The notes below the pieces were generated by a model. The model was not told the DNA's origin. It did not search any database and saw only the letters and a program-made list of their open reading frames with translations. A DNA stretch of 26,012 nt from a virus. Taxonomy: Duplodnaviria > Caudoviricetes. Location of the stretch: IMG/VR virus record IMGVR_UViG_3300016665_000424, positions 1 through 26,012 of that record; one strand, written 5' to 3'. Positions 10,401 to 18,025 of this stretch are shown piece by piece. How positions within the stretch are numbered: the stretch's first letter is position 1; every line of letters begins with the position of its first letter. The translations under genes were made by a program, and so were the position numbers.

Positions 10401-13399
10401 AAAAGAGGTATTAAATTAATATCATTAGATATTTTTTTAAATAATATCGGGTCTGATAAGTCATCTATTTTAACAGTGTCATATCTCCACAATAAAGCAC
10501 CAACAAAAGCAGCCCATAATTTAGGCGCTGATATGAAACCACCCCTTTTTGAAAATAAATTATATATTACACCATCTTTTTTTAATAAATAACCAAATTC
10601 TGGGTTATTAGTATTAGTTAAATCATCCCATGATATAGAGTGTAAAAACAAAAAAGCTTTTGATTTATCGTTTGTTTGGTAATTATAAAATCTACTACCA
10701 AATAAAGATATTGGGATTACTTTACCTTGATAACTTACTATAAAATTAGTAAATGGGAAAGTTATATCATTATCGTTGTTATTAATAGACGCATTAAGTA
10801 AATAATAGTTTTTTCCGTAATTTTTTAATGTTTTATTTAATTCTTCTCGGTAATTTTTAACATCGTTAGAAATAATTTCACTCCAAAAATCAACATATTG
10901 ATATGATAATTGAGAGTCATTATTTTTTAAAAAAACTTTTGAAAAAATATTATTTTCTATATTTATAAACTTATTTGAAAAATGATTATTATAAAGATTA
11001 CTAGGTTTATCAATATTATTATAAAAAACATACCTTAGAGGTAAATTTATATCCACAGTATTTTCTGAATCCCATATTAAATCTGTAAATTGTTGAATAC
11101 CATATACACCATTAAAAAAGTTATAGGCGTCACTGCTACCATTAATTAACGCTTGTAAACTAATAGGTTCGTTTACTGGATTATTTACATTTACATTTGA
11201 ATTGTAATAATTAGCTGGCTCTATAAAATAAATAAATTTTGATTTATCTGTATCATCTTTTGTTGTTGGACTAGGGTAATTTTCATTAAAAATATAGTTA
11301 TTTAAATAAATAAATTCTGTATCATTAGCTAAATTACGTAAATTTACAGACCCATTAAAAATAGGAAAAAAGTTTTTGTTAATTGGTAAATAATTATAAA
11401 AATAGTTTTCAGCACTCAATAAAACAGTACCATCATCAAAACCACTAACAAAATAATCATATTTTACAGTATAATCACCAAATGTTTTTTTCACCACTTC
11501 TTTTGGAAAACCGTTTATTGACCCTTTTATTTTGTCAATATCTTCTATCTTAATATTTTTTAAACTTTCAATTAAAAAATTATTTAAAGTAGTAGTATTT
11601 TTTATTGAATTAGCTTCAGATTTAGCCATATTTTCAATTTCTTCTATTTTTAAAGTAGTTGGCTCGTTTGTAAGTGACAAAAATGTCATCGCTCTTATTA
11701 AAAAAACAGTCAATAATTCATCAGTTGTTATAAAATTATGTCTATCATATGGGTTTTTATAACCATCTGTAACAAAATCATTTAACACAACATAAGAATC
11801 AAATACGTTTGTAGGATAAGTTAATGTCAAACCAACACCATTTTTAATATCTATTTGTTGCTGCACTTTAGCAGATATTATAAAAGCATTTAATAAATTT
11901 TCTATAAATTTTAATTCATCAACATCTGTTGGGTTTGTTAATACACCTTTTTTACCTAAATAAACCTCTTGATATCCATTTTCTTGTGAACCTTCTCTAT
12001 AATCTGGCCAAGGGTAATAATCAGCGCTACTTAGATTATTACTTAATTCTTTTGTATAATCGTAATTTTTTTTGTTTTTAAATTTTTGTAATTGATTTTT
12101 TCTACTATCCGATTTAATAGCGCTTTGTGACACATTAAAAATACTTCGCATAAAAACTTCAGCAGCTGTTGTAAATATGTTAAATACGTTTCTTATTGTT
12201 GGTTCAAACCCTATATTTTTTTTGATTTCTTCTTTTAACTCACTTGATAAGTCTCTAGAAGTAGATTTGATATTTTCAATATTTTGTAATTTTAAAGCAT
12301 CTATCGTATTTAGTAGTTTATTGTTATCAACATAATTAAAAGTAGTTCCAGTTGCTATGTTATAATTGTTTTGATTTAAATAATTCTTAAGTTGCTCTGG
12401 TGCGTTAGAAAATGTAGTGCTCTTAATTGCCAAATTATTTATTTCATTTTTTAAAATATTATCATTACTATAATCTTTTATAATATCAATATATTGATTT
12501 TTTACCCTACCAGCTAAATTTTCAAAATCGGTAAAAATAAAATACGGATAATTATTTAAACCTTTTTTTAAATCTATAATATTACCGTTATACCTAATAT
12601 TATCATTTAATGTGTCTAAAATTTGATTATTTTTATTTAAAGTTTCTATATTTTTGTAATTATCACTAGAAGATTTTAATTTTTCAAGTCTAGTATTTAT
12701 ATTAGAAATAGCGTCATAAAATTCATCTACAGTATTGACATCTGAAAATCTAGGGTCTTTGTAAATATCACTACCAATATCTGTATATGGTATAGCTTTC
12801 AAAAACCCAATTATTATATCTGATAACATAGCGTATGTGTAACCAACAAATGAAGCAGTTATCTCGAAGTTACCACTTTGTGAATTGAACCTAGACGTAA
12901 ATTTTGTCATGTGTAAACAATATTCAACTGGTTGACCATAATAACCTTTAATTTTTAACTTATATAAAGGATACGGTAATTCAAAAAAAGATGAAAATTT
13001 ATTAGTTCCTTCTTTTACATTGTTTTCATTTTGAAAAATAGCACTACCTCTAACATCAACAAATTGAATTGTTACCAACGGAGCAAAAGAGGAATTAAAA
13101 TCAATATCAATTGAAGTTATTCCTAAATTTTCAGAAACATTTGCGTCATCATTTAACGCAGTTAAGTTAGTATAATTAGTCGTTAAAACTTTTTGATTAC
13201 CAACATTTGAACCCTCAATAAAATTTAATTTAAAACTTTGTGAACTTTCACTCGTTGAATTGGCGCCATTCGCAAGTAAAATTGTTCTCCCCTTTTTTTC
13301 ACATGTTAATTCAACAGATATTGTTAAATCTTCATATGGGACAAATAAACCACTTCCATTTAACTGATTTGGGTTTATTTTATTTAATTTATTAGCCAT
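7430..13399 (-). CDS. Large baseplate hub-like protein with C-terminal M23 peptidase and SleB-like (Hydrolase_2) cell-wall hydrolase domains
   Basis: 1989 aa; hub-like N-terminus (GITSIDIDF..VTIQFVD) and gp27/gpD-like end (VEVEMLGNAMIQPMMYFQL..GAYMIIRVKHSI..TSFTGSR); M23 motifs HKGVDF, YGH, STGPHLHFE; SleB-like ICSLEAG..VAQSIYNR..QYSP. Confidence 0.8.
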   Translation of the reverse strand: MANKLNKINPNQLNGSGLFVPYEDLTISVELTCEKKGRTILLANGANSTSESSQSFKLNFIEGSNVGNQKVLTTNYTNLTALNDDANVSENLGITSIDIDFNSSFAPLVTIQFVDVRGSAIFQNENNVKEGTNKFSSFFELPYPLYKLKIKGYYGQPVEYCLHMTKFTSRFNSQSGNFEITASFVGYTYAMLSDIIIGFLKAIPYTDIGSDIYKDPRFSDVNTVDEFYDAISNINTRLEKLKSSSDNYKNIETLNKNNQILDTLNDNIRYNGNIIDLKKGLNNYPYFIFTDFENLAGRVKNQYIDIIKDYSNDNILKNEINNLAIKSTTFSNAPEQLKNYLNQNNYNIATGTTFNYVDNNKLLNTIDALKLQNIENIKSTSRDLSSELKEEIKKNIGFEPTIRNVFNIFTTAAEVFMRSIFNVSQSAIKSDSRKNQLQKFKNKKNYDYTKELSNNLSSADYYPWPDYREGSQENGYQEVYLGKKGVLTNPTDVDELKFIENLLNAFIISAKVQQQIDIKNGVGLTLTYPTNVFDSYVVLNDFVTDGYKNPYDRHNFITTDELLTVFLIRAMTFLSLTNEPTTLKIEEIENMAKSEANSIKNTTTLNNFLIESLKNIKIEDIDKIKGSINGFPKEVVKKTFGDYTVKYDYFVSGFDDGTVLLSAENYFYNYLPINKNFFPIFNGSVNLRNLANDTEFIYLNNYIFNENYPSPTTKDDTDKSKFIYFIEPANYYNSNVNVNNPVNEPISLQALINGSSDAYNFFNGVYGIQQFTDLIWDSENTVDINLPLRYVFYNNIDKPSNLYNNHFSNKFINIENNIFSKVFLKNNDSQLSYQYVDFWSEIISNDVKNYREELNKTLKNYGKNYYLLNASINNNDNDITFPFTNFIVSYQGKVIPISLFGSRFYNYQTNDKSKAFLFLHSISWDDLTNTNNPEFGYLLKKDGVIYNLFSKRGGFISAPKLWAAFVGALLWRYDTVKIDDLSDPILFKKISNDINLIPLLDSNYTYPSTEEFISYETSPFNNISFNDTTEKYKKIDKQILNLPYQAREEFKKQFDNFVENDWLELKNYLELNLSADWDDLYGEIYDEFQIGNDIIEINKYKEMFGDDILDKYQIINPYNNSKSKTNKGVINNLTTTDLKYNYFLMLRDDSEGVKKILDLLKEEVIIANSSYRTWTKQKPINYFAEFGLDDDNNLIDLPDNKTYYLLEVSNFNGGNVINVWNTYITSFLNEFKDYKPTQIDENNQIKQNLFGTSDENIIKLMLYRTCKNLYDKWIGGLDNPNKIFFQCSLYDSGSVPNKTLIDTFRFVSRSFEDIGDILAINPYPIHDSLRNSPNTSLYELLTSVLSANYFDFIALPSFINYNDKELLKQVFQTYPSYNNDEITAGPSFVCVYLGQKSKHLDIPYGNYPNDGFDFKEPPIDFNKDTNDENETVAYFEVNFGEQNQNIFKDVILDQSEFAETAESLQIIDDIANKGSQTNITLAGQNLYNVYSVRSYKVEVEMLGNAMIQPMMYFQLNNIPMFHGAYMIIRVKHSIKPNHMITSFTGSRIRAPKTEIFSTGSLYMSLLGSINATDIIDLPITETNTIQGPVFDDNLLILNTTQNPLIDPFSNDKKNVVISSIPGLRSIDGKDPKVHKGVDFSLNVGTPLLAIYDGTIEYLKNDPNGFGLYVVVNHGVIGDKVYKTLYGHVSNLNENLFGYKLPLDNNEQAGIINNINGGYNLEVRVKKGDTIGYSGGKQKTYFIDKDKKFDTAGFSTGPHLHFELRVGEKNELGKSIFNLQYTDPIPYLPLKDYARYKEGNIANKVLENNPNIQTGDLADFWSLVAICSLEAGSPQSRADVAQSIYNRLLLPNKAYGASIKQIIVKDKQYSPTNVNISDWYSINSYDSAVTAIKNSKNWDDFKTKKNINESLLAIVDNDLSNNAKNFIQSRTSFVANSLTIPQGADGIIQRKPLSENNQFFWIDGGLNVKNMKPFNAPDWINKLKIDISKY

Positions 13400-13709
13400 A
13401 AAATGTTTTATAGTTTTTTATTTCGTTTGTATATCTTTGTAACGCATCATTATAAGGAAATGGAACTCTGATAGTTGACATATCAGGTATATTGAATTCT
13501 AATCCACCAAATTCTGGGTTTGCTAGTAGAATTAACCAACCACTGTATGGGTTAGTATAATAAAGATTACTTATTTTGTCAAGCCTACTTACACTTTTTT
13601 TATAAATAGCTACTTTATCTGTTGGTGAAGGTGGAATTATAATCCCTGGTAATGGTGTAATCTGACCATTATCTCTAAATTTATTATATCTATCAAAATA
13701 TTGTGCCAT
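13392..13709 (-). CDS. LysM-like baseplate protein (P2 gpX / T4 gp53-like)
   Basis: 105 aa; RLDKISNLYY..WLILLANP..IPDMSTIRVP pattern; lies between tube initiator-like and hub-like genes. Confidence 0.75.
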   Translation of the reverse strand: MAQYFDRYNKFRDNGQITPLPGIIIPPSPTDKVAIYKKSVSRLDKISNLYYTNPYSGWLILLANPEFGGLEFNIPDMSTIRVPFPYNDALQRYTNEIKNYKTFYG

Positions 13710-13726
13710 GCTATTTTAATTTATTT

Positions 13727-16700
13727 TTAAGTTACTATAAACATTTTTTTAAATAATAGTTCTCCATTATATTTAACCTTTAATACATAAGAGCCACTAG
13801 ATATTAATATTTTTGTGAAATCTGAATCATTTTCAAGTATTTCTCCAAAATAGAATCCAAAAGGAGAATCAAAACCACCACTTAATAACCAATTTAAACT
13901 TTTGTATTTTGGAGTATTTAACGTAACAACTTCTTCTGTTATTAATTGACCTAAATTATTTTCTATACTTAATTTTAATCCTTTATTTAAAAATGTTTTT
14001 TGTTCTTCTTCTGAGCTACTTGTATTTATTCCTTCGAATGTTAAATTTACTCTAATATCATGTTTTATACCACCCCAATTTCCAACATCGATTTTACCAA
14101 TACCAGTTACTTTGGCCTCTGTTGTGCCTGTGCTAGGTGGTGCTTGTGATTCTGTATTGTTAACATTTGGAGTATTTTCTTCATTTTGAGTAGTTTGATT
14201 ATCTTCTGTTGTTAAAGTTTTTATTCTTAAACTAGTAGTGTCTGAATTAGCTATAAATGTAGTACCTGAAGTTAAAACACCATCATTGGTGAAATAATCA
14301 GCTCTAGTATCATACGTTCTAGTATTTGCATAATAGTTAAACGATAGAGCATTTTGTAATTTATTTATAGGGCTAATTAATGAAGAGCCACCTATTATTT
14401 TAATTGATAAGGTGACATTTGCTAACATTGGTTGAACACCTATACCTTCTGGATTTAAATCCCAAATCAAAGGTTCATAATCAATAGTTAAACTGTCTAT
14501 TAATATTTTAGTATGGAAAAAATCACCCAATCTTAAAATACAAATAGGTGGACGACCAAACGCCAAATTAACAGTATTTTGAGCTTCTATAGTTGGACCT
14601 TGTCTTGTACACTGTTGTAAAAATGTTAATCTAGAATTTAAACCTTCTGGTGTGGTTGAATGAAACGCTGGATGGAAAAATTTTATCTTATCTCTAAATC
14701 TATCAAATATAAATCTATCATCATCAGCCAATTTTTGAAAATATAAACTTTCATCGTAAAACCTATTGGTTATTTTATTATTTAAATTCAAATTATTTAA
14801 TGTTTTACTTTTTGGTTTTACAGTTTCATTTATAGCCAATGATGTGTCATATTCAATAGATATATCAGACCTTCTAGCTTTTTTACATGATTCTGAATCA
14901 GTATTTAATGAATTATTACAACCTGAACTAGTATCAATAAAATTATTTTCTATCTTAATCCTATTTTTAGGTATCCCTATATTGTTAAAATATTTAGACA
15001 TTGTGTCACTTCTGCTGTCAGCTAAATTTGTATTAGCCTCTGAATTTCCTTGGGGACTAGCAGTTGATTTTATTTTTATTACACAATATTTACACTTACC
15101 ATTCATGTAGGTTTTTAAAGTGTTTTCAAAAAGAGTATTTTGTGAAGTAAAAGCACTGTAAATTCCATTTATTTCAACACCATCTATTAAAATTGTATAA
15201 CTATCTCCATTTAAACCAAAATTAAGTGTATCATTATAGGATGTATTTGTATTTGTAAGTTGACCTTGTATAATCCCAGAACCATAACCATCTCCTGGTG
15301 GGTCTACTGGAATTGTACCTAATGTTGAACCACCAGTAGCAAAATCATTATTCAAACCGTTTTCATAACCTTTAGTAGTTATATAATCAATAGTAAAAAC
15401 ATCATTTGGGTAATAAACAGAAAATTTTATAGGTGATATATTAGGGTTTAATAAAGTTTGCGACTGTTGTGGTGTTAATTCAGAAAATAAAGAACTTAAT
15501 TCACTAACAGTTAATCTTTTTGCTAATTCAGAATCTATATCAACACAACCAGCCATAAATGATGCTACATAATTATCATCAGGACCTGTGGACCCCTTAA
15601 ATGAATTGACATAAGTAGAATGGTCAACAATAACACTAAATGATAGTGAAGCACTTCTTTCTGTATTATTATAGGTATATACAGGTTCTCCCCTACCAAT
15701 GAATTTTGTAGATTCCCAATCAACATTTGTTGTTTCATTTATTGATATGTTATATGGTGGAAACCACATGATTCGACCTTTTCTACCAGAAGTTAAATCT
15801 CCATAACCTTTTTCAACATCTGGTATATTATTAGTATTATCTAACCAAGCTAAATTTTCAATTGAAAACATATATCTCTTTACATTGGTTGAACTGTCTT
15901 TTTCATAATATGGTGCTATTTTAACAAAACCGTTATCATCTAATGTTGAATTATATAATTCAGTAGTGTTCCTAAAATAATCAGAACCTAAAGATTTAGC
16001 TGAATTTAAAACACTTGAATGTCTTATTAATTTATTTACTGAATCATATCTATTTAGTGTCGTCCAACTCCTACAATATGTGTTATTTTTATCATTACCA
16101 GCTGGTGATGTTTGAAAAAAATTATTATATAGATTTTTTGATAAAACAGCACTTCCTCTAGAAATACCCCCAGCATTTGCTGTTTGTGTTTGTGTTGAAT
16201 TAAAACCCATGCTACCCTCTACAGAAACTATGTTAAACATACCCTTACTGTTAAATAACTTTTGTGTTTTAACCAATAAAGATTTTTTACCTTCTTCTGT
16301 AAGAGATTCTAATGGTGAATAATTATCAACTGAATTTATTGCCGAACCTTCTGTTGACCCCCAAGTAAAACCAACATCACTTATTTTTCTAGTATTATAT
16401 GTTAAATTAGTACCTTGAACACCAGCAATTTTTTCGTTTGGTGATTCAAACCCATAATTTGACACCATTTGTTCTCTATTATAACTAATTTCAGGGATTA
16501 CATCGTTTTTATTTGTTACAACAAACGGATAAATAGTTGCTTTATCTGCATTGTAAAAAGCATAAATATTTGGTATTATGTCAGTTGCTTGACCAAGATT
16601 ATTTTTATACCCTGGAGCATAACCACTTCTAAAAGCAGTGTTAGATGGTTTATCATTTTCTGTTGTACCATTTAAATTAGAAAATATATTTGAAATCAAA

Positions 16701-17788
16701 GATTTTACTTGACCCTTACCAGTATTTTGTAACATAGCATTGGTTCTAGTTATATTATCAACTTCACCACTTTCTGATTGAAATATTGAACCGTCTTTGC
16801 TTAAATAACTTATAGGTACTTGGAAGCCTAATACTCTAGAGGTAAAATCAGCTATACGACCACCTGTATTTCCTGGGACGGTGATTGTATAATTTGGTCT
16901 AAAACCAGATAAATTTCCAGTTTTAACAAGACTTAATATATTTTCACTTACATTTAAACCACCTAATATTTCTTCTTGAATGTTAAATGCTGCATTATTA
17001 CCCAAAGCTAATGCTAATTGCTGGCCACCAATTATACCTAATTTTGTGTCATTTATTACACCTGTAAGTCCAAGAACTCTACCAACCAATGAAGCTCTTA
17101 TATCATAATTTGTTACAATACCACCTTTAGCTAATCCTAAACCATTTCCATCTAGTACACTACCTATAACATTAGCAGCTTGTATTCCAGCATTACCACC
17201 CCCATTTAAACCACCAAATACATCTAAATAACTATCTAATTGTTGTGAGAACCCAGCTGGTTGTAATGAAATAAAATCAGCCATATCAATTTGTTTGGTA
17301 GTATCAACATATAAGTTAAATAAAGTAGCGTTTTTTCTAAACTCAGCGTATGCTGTTTTACCAAATAAACCATATTGAGTAATTTCTTGATTTGCTGTGG
17401 TTGGATATGATTGAATACCTTGTGGAAAATCAACATTACCAAATATTCCTTGAGATTTTTGTATGTATTCTATATTAAACAATGATGGTGATGTTGGGTC
17501 ATCATTTTTAAATTGATTTGGAAGTATTGCTATTTCATATCTTAATAAACCTTCTGTTTCAAGTGGAAGACCAAATGGTATTACATTGGCGTTTCCATTT
17601 ATACTTGTATCTAATACAGGTTCACCAATCCTAGGACCACCATTTGTAGATGTTGATAAAAATGGATATTGTGGTAATAAATTTTTATTTAATAAAAAAT
17701 CTCTATAACCTAAGTCCTTAGCAGTATTAGTTATACTGTTTTTAGTACTTGGTGATGGAAAAGAGGTATTATAAAAGGGGAATGGCAT
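13727..17788 (-). CDS. Baseplate / tail tube initiator-like protein with inserted OmpA-like domain
   Basis: 1353 aa; initiator-like halves WFPPYNISINETTNVDWESTKFIGRGEPVYTYNNTERSASLSF and PPICILRLGDFF..IDSLTIDYE..WDL..PMLANVTLSI; OmpA C-terminal-like STASPQGNSEANTNLADSRS..GIPKNRI..ARRSDI in between; follows tape measure. Confidence 0.68.
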   Translation of the reverse strand: MPFPFYNTSFPSPSTKNSITNTAKDLGYRDFLLNKNLLPQYPFLSTSTNGGPRIGEPVLDTSINGNANVIPFGLPLETEGLLRYEIAILPNQFKNDDPTSPSLFNIEYIQKSQGIFGNVDFPQGIQSYPTTANQEITQYGLFGKTAYAEFRKNATLFNLYVDTTKQIDMADFISLQPAGFSQQLDSYLDVFGGLNGGGNAGIQAANVIGSVLDGNGLGLAKGGIVTNYDIRASLVGRVLGLTGVINDTKLGIIGGQQLALALGNNAAFNIQEEILGGLNVSENILSLVKTGNLSGFRPNYTITVPGNTGGRIADFTSRVLGFQVPISYLSKDGSIFQSESGEVDNITRTNAMLQNTGKGQVKSLISNIFSNLNGTTENDKPSNTAFRSGYAPGYKNNLGQATDIIPNIYAFYNADKATIYPFVVTNKNDVIPEISYNREQMVSNYGFESPNEKIAGVQGTNLTYNTRKISDVGFTWGSTEGSAINSVDNYSPLESLTEEGKKSLLVKTQKLFNSKGMFNIVSVEGSMGFNSTQTQTANAGGISRGSAVLSKNLYNNFFQTSPAGNDKNNTYCRSWTTLNRYDSVNKLIRHSSVLNSAKSLGSDYFRNTTELYNSTLDDNGFVKIAPYYEKDSSTNVKRYMFSIENLAWLDNTNNIPDVEKGYGDLTSGRKGRIMWFPPYNISINETTNVDWESTKFIGRGEPVYTYNNTERSASLSFSVIVDHSTYVNSFKGSTGPDDNYVASFMAGCVDIDSELAKRLTVSELSSLFSELTPQQSQTLLNPNISPIKFSVYYPNDVFTIDYITTKGYENGLNNDFATGGSTLGTIPVDPPGDGYGSGIIQGQLTNTNTSYNDTLNFGLNGDSYTILIDGVEINGIYSAFTSQNTLFENTLKTYMNGKCKYCVIKIKSTASPQGNSEANTNLADSRSDTMSKYFNNIGIPKNRIKIENNFIDTSSGCNNSLNTDSESCKKARRSDISIEYDTSLAINETVKPKSKTLNNLNLNNKITNRFYDESLYFQKLADDDRFIFDRFRDKIKFFHPAFHSTTPEGLNSRLTFLQQCTRQGPTIEAQNTVNLAFGRPPICILRLGDFFHTKILIDSLTIDYEPLIWDLNPEGIGVQPMLANVTLSIKIIGGSSLISPINKLQNALSFNYYANTRTYDTRADYFTNDGVLTSGTTFIANSDTTSLRIKTLTTEDNQTTQNEENTPNVNNTESQAPPSTGTTEAKVTGIGKIDVGNWGGIKHDIRVNLTFEGINTSSSEEEQKTFLNKGLKLSIENNLGQLITEEVVTLNTPKYKSLNWLLSGGFDSPFGFYFGEILENDSDFTKILISSGSYVLKVKYNGELLFKKMFIVT

Positions 17789-17946
17789 ATTAGTTATATT
17801 TTTATATAAATACTATTATACCACAATTTTTTATCAAATAAATAATTAACTTTTTATTTATCAAAAAGACATAACTATCCCGTTATTTTTTATTATATAA
17901 TATGATTTTATATTATTATATCTTTTTATACTATTATGTAATAATG

Positions 17947-17982
17947 CAAATAAACCGATTTTTTTTGACATTTGCAAGTACT
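17947..17982 (-). promoter_or_regulatory. Bacteroidota-type promoter, near copy of ssb P2
   Basis: Minus strand AGTACTTGCAA-N17-TTTATTTG; same 11-mer and spacing as 5327-5362, one mismatch to TAnnTTTG. Confidence 0.55.
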
Positions 17983-18025
17983 TAGTTAAAAATAATTTAT
18001 AAGTATCTGATTATTAATTAAAAAA

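Noticed and set aside
17816-17825. DnaA-box-like TTATACCACA in the AT-rich gap
   Set aside because: Does not fit TTATNCACA without an indel and is single-copy
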